Origin: an uncultured Actinomycetes bacterium | GTDB lineage: Bacteria > Actinomycetota > UBA4738 > HRBIN12 | Assembly: GCA_963722795.1 (NCBI GenBank) | Contig: CAVROD010000004.1 | Coordinates: 774,771-838,770, forward strand | Direction of reading: 5' to 3' | DNA length: 64,000 nt | Shown here: positions 30,365-41,600 of the stretch, one piece after another | Position numbering within the stretch: the stretch's first letter is position 1 | How the letters are laid out: each line of letters starts with the position of its first letter | Position numbers and translations under genes: made by a program | Notes under the pieces: generated by a model | The model's input: the letters and a program-made list of their open reading frames with translations, nothing else | Database searches by the model: none | Told to the model about the DNA's origin: nothing

Positions 30365-32729
30365 ATGGGAGAGACCGCGGCTGCAAGCCCTGCGGCACCG
30401 CGCGACCTGAGCCGCCTCTGGCTCGGCGCATCGATCGTCGGCCTGGCGGCGGGCGGCGTGCTCGCGCTCGCCTTCGGTCAGGATCGCGCCGCCGAGATCA
30501 TCTGGGCCATCACCACCGTGGTCGGCATCGTGCCCATCGCGCGTGACGTGATCGGCGGCTTGCTCCGGCGCGAGCCGGGGGTCGATCTGATCGCGCTGAT
30601 CGCGATGGTCGCCGCGCTCGCGCTCGGCGAATACCTGGCGGGCGCGGTGATCGCACTGATGCTCGCGTCAGGCCAGGCGCTCGAGGCCTACGCCGACCGC
30701 CGCGCGCACGCGGAGCTGTCGGCGCTGCTCGCGCGCGCTCCGCGCACCGTGACCCGCTACGAACACGACGAGCTCGTCGAACGCCCGATCGACGAGGTGC
30801 GACAGGGCGACCGGCTGCTCGTGAAGACCGGTGAGGTCGTGCCGGTCGACGGGGTGCTGATGGGCGACGCCGTGCTCGACGAATCGGCCCTGTCGGGCGA
30901 GTCGAGGCCGGTCGATCGCCCGCACAACGACCTGGTGCGCTCCGGCGCGGTGAACGCGGGGTCCGGGTTCGACCTGCGTGCGACCGCGTCGGCCGAGGAG
31001 AGTACGTACGCCGGCATCGTGCGCCTCGTGCAGGCGGCGCAGGCCGAGAAGGCGCCCGCCGTGCGACTGGCCGATCGCTACGCCGCGATCTTCATCCCGA
31101 TCACCTTGGTGATCGCCGTGGGCGCGTGGATCGCCACGGGCGACCCGCTCCGGTTCCTCACGGTGGTGATGGTGGCGACGCCGTGTCCGTTGATCCTCGC
31201 CGTGCCGATCGCGATCGTGGCCGGCATCTCGAGGTCGGCCAGGCGAGGCATCATCGTGAAGGGAGGCGGCGCGCTCGAGACCCTCGCGCGGGGATCGGTG
31301 CTGCTGTTCGACAAGACGGGAACGCTCACGTCGGGCGTGCCCGCCGTCGCCGAGGTGGAGACGTTCGGCGACATCGAACCCGACGAGTTGCTGCGCCTGG
31401 CGGCCTCGCTCGACCAGGTCTCGCCGCACGTGCTGGCGGCAGCGGTCGTGCGCGCGGCCGCCGAGCACGGCGTCGAGCTCGAGTTCCCCGACGTCGTGAC
31501 CGAGAAGCACGGAGCGGGCATCGAGGGCGAGGTCGGGTCGCACCGCGTCGCCCTCGGCAAGGCGTCGTTCGTCTCGGGTGGGTTGCCACTGCCCCGGGGG
31601 GCCCGCGACGTGCGGCGTCGATCGATGCTCGACGGATCGTCGTGCGTGTTCATCGCCGTCGACGGCGAGGTGGCCGGCGCGTTCCTCATCGACGATCCCA
31701 TCAGGCCCGACACCCCGCGGGTCATCCGATCGCTGCGGCGTGCGGGCATCCGCCGGGTCGTGATGGTCACCGGCGACCACCCCGACGTGGCGGAGTCGGT
31801 CGGTGCCGCGCTCGGTGTCGACCGCATCCTGAGCGAGCGGGCGCCGGGGGAGAAGGTCGAGGCCGTGGAGGCCGAGCGCGCCGAGGGCGGCGTCATCATC
31901 ATGGTCGGCGACGGCCTGAACGACGCACCGGCCCTCGCCGCGGCCGACGTGGGCGTGGCCATGGGCGCTCGGGGGGCGACCGCGTCGTCGGAGGCGGCCG
32001 ACGTGGTGCTCGTCGTCGACCGCCTCGATCGGTTGGTCGAAGCGATGTCGATCGCGAAACGCTCGCGCACGATCGCGGTGCAAAGCGTGCTGCTCGGCAT
32101 GGGCCTCGCGTTCGGCTTCATGTTCTTCGGGGCGTTCGGCTTGTTCGGCCCGGTCGCCGCTGCCCTGGTGCAGGAGGCCATCGACGTCGCGTCGATCCTC
32201 AACGCGCTGCGGGCCCTCGGCAGCGGCACACGCTCGGCGACACGCCCCCCCGGCACCGACGTCGCGGAACGCTTCCGCGCGGAGCACCGCCACTTCGCGC
32301 CGGAGCTGCAGCGCATCCGCACCGTGGCCGACCGCCTCGACACGATGCCGCCAGACGAGGCGCGAGCCGAGCTCGAGGAGATCCGCACCTTCCTGGTCGA
32401 GCGGCTTCCCCAGCACGAGGAAGAGGAGGAGGCCGCGGTCTACCCGGTGGTCGCCAAGCTCATGGGTGGCGAGGACCCGATGGCGAGCATGGCGCGCGCT
32501 CACGTGGAGATCTCGCATCTCACCCGGGTGTATCGCTCGCTCGTCGACGACCTGCCCGCGGTCGGGCCCGAGCCAGGACGACCTCATGGACCTCCGCCGG
32601 GTGATGTACGGACTGCATGCGATCTTGCGGCTGCACTTCGCCCAGGAAGAAGAGGCCTACGCCTGGCTCGCCGCCGAGGAGGGCACCGGCGAGGGCACCG
32701 ACCCTGCACGGGAGCCCGCGCCGGTCTAG
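30365..32729 (+). CDS. Heavy-metal P1B-type ATPase with C-terminal hemerythrin domain (P1B-5-like); frameshift near 32575
   Basis: SGES, TPCP, DKTGT, GDGLNDAP, QEAID; HxxxEE...H...HF..EE hemerythrin motifs. Confidence 0.9.
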
Positions 32730-33509
32730 CTACTCGACCTCGGACAGGGTCGCGGTGTCGCCGACGCGCACCGTGCCGGGTCCCACGACGCGGGCGTACA
32801 TGCCGAAGGGCAATCCGCCGGCGCCGGCGATGCGGGGGCGGTACTTCGCGATCTGGGTGAGCGTGTCCCAGTCCTTCTCGCCGGTCTCGGGATGCTTGGT
32901 CGTGAACACGCATCTCGGCACCGGGCCCGCGACCTCGATCGTCGCCTCGCCGACGCGCACGCGTCGACCGTCCCAGGTGTCCTCCTCGTAGGGGTCGCAG
33001 CCCTCGAGCTCGAGGTTCAAACGGAAGCGGCGGCCGTCGAGCTCGCCCTCGTGGCCTCCGCGCCGGCCGAGGTCGCGCACCGACTCGGCCGAGACGAGGG
33101 TGAGCGGTTCCACGTCGGCGCCCTCGCCGTCGCGATCGCACCGCAGCAGGCGCAGCGGTCTCGCGCAGAACGCCGAGAGGGCATCGGCGAACGGGCCCTG
33201 CACGACGTGCGCGGCCACGGGTCGTCCGTAGAAGTCCGTGACCACCGCGTCGCCGAGATCATCGGCGGCCCCCGCGAGGTCGAGTCCGTCGGGCATGTGC
33301 AGGGCGAGGCGCTCGAGCGTGGCGTCGTAGGAAGCACGGACGCGCACGAGCGGACCGTGGTCGGGTCCGCTGAACAGGCCGCCGCGCTCATCCACCAGGT
33401 AGAACAGGCGGTTGCCCGGGATGCCCGCGTCGGTCAGGCGCACCTCGTCGGGGTGGTGCACGAGCGTGCCCTTCAGGGGCGTCACGCTGAGGCGGGCGAG
33501 CGTCGGCAT
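32730..33509 (-). CDS. MOSC-domain protein
   Basis: P.KG, RRFR.NL, EED.W, RC.FT, FG.YA.V...G.VRVGD. Confidence 0.9.
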   Translation of the reverse strand: MPTLARLSVTPLKGTLVHHPDEVRLTDAGIPGNRLFYLVDERGGLFSGPDHGPLVRVRASYDATLERLALHMPDGLDLAGAADDLGDAVVTDFYGRPVAAHVVQGPFADALSAFCARPLRLLRCDRDGEGADVEPLTLVSAESVRDLGRRGGHEGELDGRRFRLNLELEGCDPYEEDTWDGRRVRVGEATIEVAGPVPRCVFTTKHPETGEKDWDTLTQIAKYRPRIAGAGGLPFGMYARVVGPGTVRVGDTATLSEVE

Positions 33510-33593
33510 CCTGGGCACACGCTACCGAACGGGTTGAGCGCTCGACCGCGAGGGGGATAGCATCAGCCGACGCGTCGTACCCAGGGAGGGCAC

Positions 33594-33803
33594 GTGACGA
33601 CGATCGAACGGCCGACGCCGCAGCGGGCGGCGCTCGAGTTGCAGGCTCGGGCGCGCGACCGTGCGCTGGCCGAACGGATCGAGCGTCTCGAACGCACGCT
33701 GGCGCGGGTGCATGCGCGCATCGACGGTGCCATGGTCACCGTCGTCGCGCCCGCCGAGCTCCGAGCTCGCCGTGATGCCGGGGCACCGTCGCACGATCGA
33801 TGA
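33594..33803 (+). CDS. Small coiled-coil hypothetical protein
   Basis: GGAGG RBS, GTG start, stop overlaps next ATG. Confidence 0.5.
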   Translation: MTTIERPTPQRAALELQARARDRALAERIERLERTLARVHARIDGAMVTVVAPAELRARRDAGAPSHDR

Positions 33804-34288
33804 CCGAGGTGCTCCCCGCCCTGGGGCCGCTCGCCTGCCTGCTCGGCACTTGGCGCGGCGAGGGCCACGGCGGGTACCCGACGATCGGCACGTTCGACTA
33901 CGGCGAGTGGATGCACTTCGAGCATGTCGGCGACCCGTTCCTGATGTCGGCGCAGCGAAGCTGGTCGATCGCCGACGACGCCCCGCTGCACTTCGAACGC
34001 GGATTCTGGCGCCCGGGCGCCGCGGCGGCCGATATCGAGCTCACCCTCGCCCACCCGCTCGGGCTCACCGAGGTGGCCGAGGGCACGGCTCGCGTCGACG
34101 GCGAGCTCACGACGATCGAGCTCGTCTCACGCGCCATCGGCCGCACGTCCACCGGCATGGCGGTGTCGGGCCTGCGCCGGCGCTACGAGATCGAGGGCGA
34201 TGCGATGCGCTACGAGATCGACATGGCGACCGACGCGACCCCGATGACGCGTCACCTCACGGCAACGCTCCGGCGGGCGTCTTCCTGA
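33800..34288 (+). CDS. Nitrobindin/THAP4-like heme beta-barrel (FABP family)
   Basis: L.GTWRGEG.G.YPT, H.E.GFWR, C-terminal HL.A.L. Confidence 0.88.
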   Translation: MTEVLPALGPLACLLGTWRGEGHGGYPTIGTFDYGEWMHFEHVGDPFLMSAQRSWSIADDAPLHFERGFWRPGAAAADIELTLAHPLGLTEVAEGTARVDGELTTIELVSRAIGRTSTGMAVSGLRRRYEIEGDAMRYEIDMATDATPMTRHLTATLRRASS

Positions 34289-36188
34289 GGTCGGCCGCAC
34301 CGGACAAGAAGACGCGGAACGACGCGCCGCCGCCGGAGCGCTCCTCGACCCATGCGCGCCCTCCGTGCAGGGCCGCGAAACGAGCGACGACGGCGAGCCC
34401 GACACCCACGCCTCGGTCGAGGCCCGGGCGGGCGCCCTGGTGGAAGGCCTCGAAGATGCGTGCGCGATCCTCGGGGGCCACGCCAGGTCCGTCGTCTTCC
34501 ACCGTGATCAGGGCGCCGTCGTCCATGCGCTCGACGCGGACCCAGATGCGGGAGTCGCCCGGCGTGTGCCGCACGGCGTTGCGAAGCAGGTTGTCGACGA
34601 TGCGCTCGACCATCACGACGTCGGCGGGCATGGTGAGGGGCGCGGTGTCGAGGTCGAGGCGCCGCCCGGCCACGACGTCGGCTCCGGCGACGAGCTCGCG
34701 CACGACCGCGCCGATATCGGTCGGCACGAAGGTCGCCGTGAGCACGCCGCGTTCCAGTCGGTCGAGATCGAGCAGGTCCGACACGATGCGGTCGAGCTTG
34801 CGGGCGTTGGAGACGATGCGCGATGCGAGGTCGCGCGCGTCGTCGTCGGACAGCGAGAGCTCGGGCCGCTCGAGCGTGCTCGCCAGGCCGAGGATCGCCG
34901 CGATCGGACCGCGCAGGTCGTGGGAGACCGCCTGCAGGAACACGTCCTTGATCTCGTTGGCCTCGCGGAGCTCGTCGGCCGCGCCCTCGGCTTCCACGAC
35001 CCGCCGCTCGGCTTCCTTGCGCGAGGTGATGTCGGTCATCACGCCCTGCCAGTACGCCGGCTCGCCGTCGGCGCGACGAACGAGCCGCGCGACATCGTGG
35101 AACCACACGACGCGTCCGTCACGGGCGACCATGCGGTACTCGATCTCGAAGGGGTCGCCGGCAGCTTCCGAGCGCTCGTTCTCGGCCATCACGGCGCCGA
35201 CGTCATCGGGGTGGATCGAGCGTTGCCACACGCCCGGGTCTTCCACCCACTCCTCGGGCGTGATGCCGAGCAGCTCTGCCACGCGCGCGTTGATGTAGAC
35301 GACCTGCAGGCCGTCACCCGTCACGTTCTCGGAGTAGACGATGGCGGGCAGCTGCTCGACCAAGGTCCGGTAGCGATCCTCGGCCTCGGCCACCCGGTCG
35401 CTCTCGGTGTGCCGCAGGGTGACGTCGCTCATGATGCCCTGCCAGAACAGCGGCGTCCCGTCGTCGCCCTTGATCAAGGTGGCCTCGTCGTGGATCCACA
35501 CGACCCGGCCGTCGGCCGCGAGCATGCGGTACTCGGCCACGAACGGGCGCTCGCCGTGCGCGACCCGCTCGTATTCCTCGCGCGCCGCCTCGACATCGTC
35601 GGGGTGGAACTGCCGCGCCCAGGCGGTGGGGTCCGCGATCCACTCTTCCGGGCGGAACCCGAGCATGTCGAGCAGCTGTGGGCTCACGTAGAGCAGCGAG
35701 CCGGGCTCCCAGGACCCCTCGCCTCCGTCGGCGCTGGGGGGCTCGGCCGCCTCCAGGTAGACGATCACGGGGAGCCGCTCCACCACCTTGCGGAAGCGCT
35801 CCTCTGCGTCGGTGTGCGCGACGAGCTCGGCGTGACCGGCCGTGACGTCGATGCAGGTTCCGCGCAGGACGCGCTCCTCGCCGACTGCCACCGCGGTGGC
35901 GGTCGTGCGGATCCAGCGGGGTTCCGCGGTCGAGGACTCGACCCGATGCGTCACGTCCGTGGCCGGGCCGGCGTCGGTCGCGAGCAGGGCCGCCATCACG
36001 CCGGCACGATCGTCGGGATGCACGAGCTCGGCGAACGCCTGCGGGTCGGCGAGCAGCGCCTGGGCCGGGCGACCCAGCACCCGCTCGCTGGCCGGGCTCA
36101 CGTACCGGAAGGCGAGCGAGCGCGGGTCGGCCTCCCACACGACGACGTCGAGGTCGGCGAGCACCGCCTCGATGCCATCGTCATCCAT
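34257..36188 (-). CDS. Cytoplasmic sensor histidine kinase with three PAS domains
   Basis: Three HPDD PAS_3 repeats; VSHDLR.P, NLL.NA, V.D.GPG, G.G.GLA. Confidence 0.93.
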   Translation of the reverse strand: MDDDGIEAVLADLDVVVWEADPRSLAFRYVSPASERVLGRPAQALLADPQAFAELVHPDDRAGVMAALLATDAGPATDVTHRVESSTAEPRWIRTTATAVAVGEERVLRGTCIDVTAGHAELVAHTDAEERFRKVVERLPVIVYLEAAEPPSADGGEGSWEPGSLLYVSPQLLDMLGFRPEEWIADPTAWARQFHPDDVEAAREEYERVAHGERPFVAEYRMLAADGRVVWIHDEATLIKGDDGTPLFWQGIMSDVTLRHTESDRVAEAEDRYRTLVEQLPAIVYSENVTGDGLQVVYINARVAELLGITPEEWVEDPGVWQRSIHPDDVGAVMAENERSEAAGDPFEIEYRMVARDGRVVWFHDVARLVRRADGEPAYWQGVMTDITSRKEAERRVVEAEGAADELREANEIKDVFLQAVSHDLRGPIAAILGLASTLERPELSLSDDDARDLASRIVSNARKLDRIVSDLLDLDRLERGVLTATFVPTDIGAVVRELVAGADVVAGRRLDLDTAPLTMPADVVMVERIVDNLLRNAVRHTPGDSRIWVRVERMDDGALITVEDDGPGVAPEDRARIFEAFHQGARPGLDRGVGVGLAVVARFAALHGGRAWVEERSGGGASFRVFLSGAADLRKTPAGALP

Positions 36189-36250
36189 GTGGTGCCGTGT
36201 CACCTATGCAACCTCCGTGGGGAGCCGGACCGAGCCGCGGGACGCGGGGG

Positions 36251-37828
36251 TCACGAGGCCATCGCGCCACCGTCGGCACGCGGGTCGCTGCCGGCATCGA
36301 GCCCTCCGGCCACCGCCCTGATCATGTGCGCGTGCCCGACCGAGCCATCGCGCTCCGTCACGGTATCGACCCGATACCCGGCCGCCTTCAGCGCCGCGAG
36401 CGCCGACGCCGGCACGTCGGCCTCGGCGATCGCCTCGGGCGCCGGGCCCTCGGGCGACATGCCGCCGACCAGCCAGCGGGGCGCCGCGACGGCCTCGGCC
36501 GGGTGCATGCCCAGCCGGAACGCCCGCAGCAGGGCCATCGCGACGATCTGGGGCTGTGCCGAGCCCCCCATCGTGCCGGCCACCGCCTCGAGGCGACCCC
36601 CGCGCTGCACGACGACCGGCATGAGCGTGTGCGCCGGCCGAGCGCCGGCCAGCAGACGGTTCGGGTGATCGGGCGCCAGGGTGAAGCAGGCACCGCGGTT
36701 CTGCGCCACCACGCCGGTGTCCGGCTCGAGCAGCCCTGAGCCGAAGCCGTCGTAGAGGCTCTGGATCAGTGAGACCCCCCGGCCTTCGGCGTCGGCGGTC
36801 ACGAGGGCGATCGTGTCGCCCGACCGGTGCTCGAGACCGGGCGGCGCCCCGGGCACGCCCGCACGCACCGCGTCGGCCACGGCGCCGAGGTGTCCGTCGT
36901 CGAGCAGGGTCGAGGGGTGCACGCGCATGCGGTCGGCATCGGCCAGGTGGCGGTCGCGGTCGCGCGCCGCGGCCCGGAGCACGTCGGCGAGCACGCCGGC
37001 GTCGGACCCGAGCGGATCGGGATCGAGGCCGAGGCGGTCCATGACCGAGAGCGCCTCGAGGAGCACGAACCCTTGGGAGTTCGGTGGATGCACGAGCACG
37101 TCGACGTCGCCGAAGCGGGCGCGCAACGGGGTGCCGAGATCGGCGCGATGTCCCGCCATGTCGGCGAGGTCGATCGGCACGCCGAGCGCGGCCAGGCCCT
37201 GCACGTACCGTGTCCCGACCTCGCCGCCGTACCAGACCTGCGCGCCGTGCTCGGCGATCGCCTGCAGTGTGGCGCCGAGGTTCGGCTGGCGCACCGGCGT
37301 GCGCTCGGCTGCGGGCTCGCCGGCCGGATAGAACACCGCCGCGAGGCCGGGGTCGGCACGGAGGCGGGTCTCCTCCTCGTCGATCGTCTCGGCGAGCGAC
37401 GGAGCGACCTGCACGCCGCCGTGCGCGTACGCGACGGCGGCGGTGAACGCGTCGGCCCAGGTGAGGTTCGCGCCCTGGCGGTGCAGCGCCTCCCAGCCGC
37501 TCACGGCGCCGGGTACGGTCACGCTGAGCGGTCCGTGCTCGGGCATGGCCCCGCCACCGGCGGCCGCCGCCACCTTGGCGTCGGCGCCCGCCGGCGCCCG
37601 GCCGCTCGCGTTGATCGCGACCACGTCGCCCGCGGGGTGCTGCACGAGCGCGAACAGGTCGCCGCCCACCCCGCACATGTGGGGGTAGACGACCGCGAGC
37701 GTGGTGGCGGCCGCGAGCGCCGCGTCGAGCGCATTGCCGCCTCGCTCGAACGCGATGGCCGCCGCGTCGGTGGCCAGGGTGTGCGGGGTCGCGACCGCCC
37801 AGGTGCGACCGGTGGCACGCGTCTGCAT
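36251..37828 (-). CDS. ggt: Gamma-glutamyltransferase family protein
   Basis: GGNA.DAA, GVGGD.F, GDT nucleophile, QS...FGSG, RP.HTL, GTMGG..QPQ, DPR.DG. Confidence 0.92.
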   Translation of the reverse strand: MQTRATGRTWAVATPHTLATDAAAIAFERGGNALDAALAAATTLAVVYPHMCGVGGDLFALVQHPAGDVVAINASGRAPAGADAKVAAAAGGGAMPEHGPLSVTVPGAVSGWEALHRQGANLTWADAFTAAVAYAHGGVQVAPSLAETIDEEETRLRADPGLAAVFYPAGEPAAERTPVRQPNLGATLQAIAEHGAQVWYGGEVGTRYVQGLAALGVPIDLADMAGHRADLGTPLRARFGDVDVLVHPPNSQGFVLLEALSVMDRLGLDPDPLGSDAGVLADVLRAAARDRDRHLADADRMRVHPSTLLDDGHLGAVADAVRAGVPGAPPGLEHRSGDTIALVTADAEGRGVSLIQSLYDGFGSGLLEPDTGVVAQNRGACFTLAPDHPNRLLAGARPAHTLMPVVVQRGGRLEAVAGTMGGSAQPQIVAMALLRAFRLGMHPAEAVAAPRWLVGGMSPEGPAPEAIAEADVPASALAALKAAGYRVDTVTERDGSVGHAHMIRAVAGGLDAGSDPRADGGAMAS

Positions 37829-37881
37829 GCGCGCAGTCTGCCACGGCCCGGGGTGGGAGGGCCGCGACCCCGGTCGCCGGC

Positions 37882-38662
37882 TCATCGCTGACAGCCCGGG
37901 CACCACCAGACGCTGCGCGCCTGTTCGCCGAGCCGGCGCGTCTCGATCGCACCGCCGCACCTCGGGCAGGCTCGGCCCGCCCGGTCGTAGACGGCGAGCC
38001 CGCCGGGCACGGTGGTGCGTCGCGGCGAGCCGAGGTTGGCGCGCAGCAGGCGAGCGGCGGTGACGAACAGCTCGCGCCGGGTGTCGATGCCGACGTCGTG
38101 CACCGCCAGGAACGGATCGACGCGGCACGCCCATGCGACCTCGGAGCGGTAGACGTTGCCGATGCCCGAGGCCACGGTCTGGTCGAGCAGCGCCACGCCG
38201 ATCGGCGTCGCGGGGTCGAGGGTGTCGAGGCGGGCGAGCACGTCATCGAGGTCGGCGCCCGCCACGCAGAGGTCGGGCCCGAGCGCGGCGAGCACCGGGT
38301 GGTGGCGCAGGTCGGCCTCGCGCAGCACCTCGACGACCGGGGCCGAGAAGCACACGGCCTCGGCCACGGGGGTGCTGAGCCGGGCGACGACCGCTCCCGC
38401 TGACCGGCGCCATCGCTCGCCCCGGCCGGTACAGGTGCCACGAGCCGGTCATGCGCATGTGGGTGTGCAGCGTGAGGCCGCCTGAGCACTCGATCAGCAG
38501 ATGCTTGCCGTGCGCGGTGACCTCGACGACGCGCTCGCCAGGGCGCGGCCAGCCCGCTCGCCCGGTGCGTTGGCGCGGCAGGTCGAAGCCCGTGAGCTCG
38601 GCGCCGCCGATCGCGGCCGCGAGCGCCGTCGCTGCTCGATGGATGGTGTCGCCCTCGGGCAC
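37882..38662 (-). CDS. nei: Fpg/Nei DNA glycosylase (frameshifts near 38370-38420)
   Basis: MPEGD, GKHL, H.RM.G.W, LLDQ...SGIGN.Y, CPRC..CPGCQ zinc finger. Confidence 0.92.
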
Positions 38663-38665
38663 GGT

Positions 38666-41600
38666 TCAGCCCCGCAGCACGAGCCCGCGGTAGCCGTCGG
38701 CGAAGCCCGCGTCGCGCAGCCGCTGCGCGTGCGGCGAGCCGGCCGAGGGCTCGCCGTCGATGCGCACGAGCTCGATACGGCGCAACCGCCCGTCCTTCAC
38801 GAGGGACGCGAGCGCGTCGACCCACGCGGAGGGATCGACGCCGAACGTCGTGAGCGACCTCGCGCCGCGTTCGAGGAAGGCCGCGAGCACCCCGTCGACC
38901 AGCACGATGTAGGCGCCCGCCGCGCGAGCGGGCCGACCCGCTCCATCGGCCGGCCACGGCAGCGCGGCACCATAGGGCTGGGCCGGGTCTGCGGCGGCGA
39001 GCACGAGCACCGGTTCCTCACCGGGCTCGCGGGCCGCGCGCAGGCGGTCGACCGCGCCGGGCATCGCGAACTGCGCCGCGCCGAGCCCGGCCACGAAGTA
39101 GCCGCGGCGGACCGTGCCGGCTTCCTCCATCGCGCGCAGCACGGGATACACCCCGGCGTAGCCGCCCGGCACGCCCTCGGCGAGCGTGGCCTCGCGGGTC
39201 ACGACACCATGACGATCGAGCAGCTGCAGCGCGCGGGCGTGCGCGATCTCGGTGGGCGCAGGGGTGGGCTCCAGTAGCGACGCCGTGCTCGACCAGCGTC
39301 CGGCTCCGGCGGGGGGCCCGGCACGCCGCAGCGCCCCCGGCCGGGGGCGGCGCCCCGGGGCCGGAGCCCGCACCGCGGCCGACCCGCCCCGCACGAGGCT
39401 GCGCAACGGCGCGAAGGTGTCGTTCGTGACCTCGCCGGCCCAGACCAGATCCCACAGGGCATGCAGCAACAGCCGCTCGTCGGCGGTGCCGGTGGCCGCC
39501 ACGAGGTCGGGCCAGAACGACGCGCCGCGTTCGGCCAGGTGCTCGCGGATCGCGTCGTGCAGCGGGCCGTCGGGGTGCTCGTCGCCGGGCGCGCCGCGGC
39601 CGGCCAGCAGCGCGCGGGCCTGGTCGCGGAAGCACAGCGACACGCGCCCGTCGTCGGCGCCGAGCGTGCCGGCGCCGACCCAGACGAGGTCGCCGCTCGC
39701 CGCGAGCGCGTCGAGATCGGCGGGCCGGTAGCCCCGCACGCGCGCCGGTAGCACGTCGGTCTCCAGGATCGACGCCGGCACCGCTGCACCCTGCAGGTGG
39801 GCGATGGCCTCGATGAGCGCGTCGCTCGCACCTCCCGGACGGTCGGCCCCCTGCCACGCCGGCAGGAAGCGCGCGAGCGCGGCCGCCTCGACGGGCTCGA
39901 CCTCGCGGCGCAGCGCGGCGAGCGAGCGCTGTCGCAACCGGCGCAACACACCGGCGTCGCACCACTCGTGCTCGATGCCGCCGGGCGTGAAGCCGCCCTG
40001 GGTGAGCGTGCCCTCGGCCTCGAGGTCGGCGAGCGCCGCCTCGACACGGTCGGTCGCGACCCCGAGGCGCGCGGCCGCGTCGGCGACCGAGAACGGACCG
40101 TGCGTACGGGCGAACCGCGCCACGAGGTCGCGCAGGGGGTGCTCGGTCGGACCGGTGAACGCGCCCGGCAGCCCGCGCGGCAACGAGACCCCGAGGGCGT
40201 CGCGCAACCTCGCGGCGTCGTCGACCGCGGCGAGGCGCGGCTCGCCCGCGACCCGCACCCGCATCGCCCGGCCGTCGTCGAGCAGCAGCCGGGCGAACGC
40301 CGCGGCGTCACCGTCGGTGCGCGCGGCCGACCTCGTCGTCGCCGAGCGGTCCGAGCTCGCGCAGCAGGTCGTGCACGCCGTCGGCGTGTCGGGCGCGGCG
40401 TCCGTCGGCGAGCCGCTGCAGCTCGAGCTCGACCTCGTCGATCGCCCGCGGGTCGAGCAGCTCGCGCAGCTCCTCGGAGCCGAGCAGCTCGCGCAGCAGG
40501 TCGCGGTCGAGCGAGAGCGCGGCGGCCCGCCGCTCGGCGAGGGGCGCGTCGCCCTCGTACATGTAGACCGCGACCCAGCGGAACAGCAGCGACTGTGCGA
40601 ACGGCGAAGCCCGCTCGGTGTCGACCGTCACGATCTTCGTGGTGCGCGCGCGCAGGTCGCCCATGACCTGGCGCAGCGCCGGCACGTCGAACACGTCGCG
40701 CAGGCACTCGCGCGTCGCTTCGAGCAGCATCGGGAAGGTGGGGTGCTTCGCGGCTTCCACGAGCAGGTCGGCGCTGCGCTGGCGCTGTTGCCACAGCGGG
40801 GTGCGCTTGCCCGGACGCTGGCGTGGCAGCAGCAAGGCACGCGCGCTCGCCTCACGGAAGACGCTCGCGAACATGGCGGTGCCCGGCAGCGCCTCGACGA
40901 CCGCCTGCTCGACCTGTTCGGGCTCGAACAGCAGGTCGTCGACCGGGATGCGATCGACCGCCTCGGGCAGCCTGATCACGATGCCGTCGTCGCCCCAGAG
41001 CACCTGGGCACCGGGCCCGAATCGTTGCTCGAGCCGTGCCTCGATGGCGAGCCCCCACGGCGCGTGCACCCGGTTGCCGAAGGGGGAAAGCACGCACACG
41101 CGCCAGTCGCCGATCTCGTCGCGGAAGCGCTCGACGACGATCGTGCGGTCGTCGGGCACGGCGCCGGTGGCCTCGACCTGTTCGGCCAGGTAGGCGACGA
41201 GGTTGTCGGCCGCCCACGCGTCGAGCCCCACCTCGTCGCGCAGCCGGGCGAGCGCCGCCTCGCGCCGCGAACCGCGTAGCTCGCGCGTGAACGCCCCGAT
41301 CGCCCGCCCGAGCTCGATCGGGCGGCCCGGCTTGTCGCCGTGCCAGAACGGCATCTTGCCCGGCTCGCCCGGCGCCGGGGTCACGATCACGCGGTCGCGG
41401 GTGATGTCGTCGATGCGCCAGCTCGAGGCTCCCAGCAGGAAGACCTCGCCCCGGCGCGACTCGTACACCATCTCCTCGTCGAGCTCGCCGACCCGCGTGC
41501 CGTCGGGCAGGAACACGCCGAACAGGCCACGGTCGGGGATCGTGCCCCCGCTCGTGATGGCGAGGCTCCCGGCGCCGTCGCGCGCCCGCACCACGTCGGC

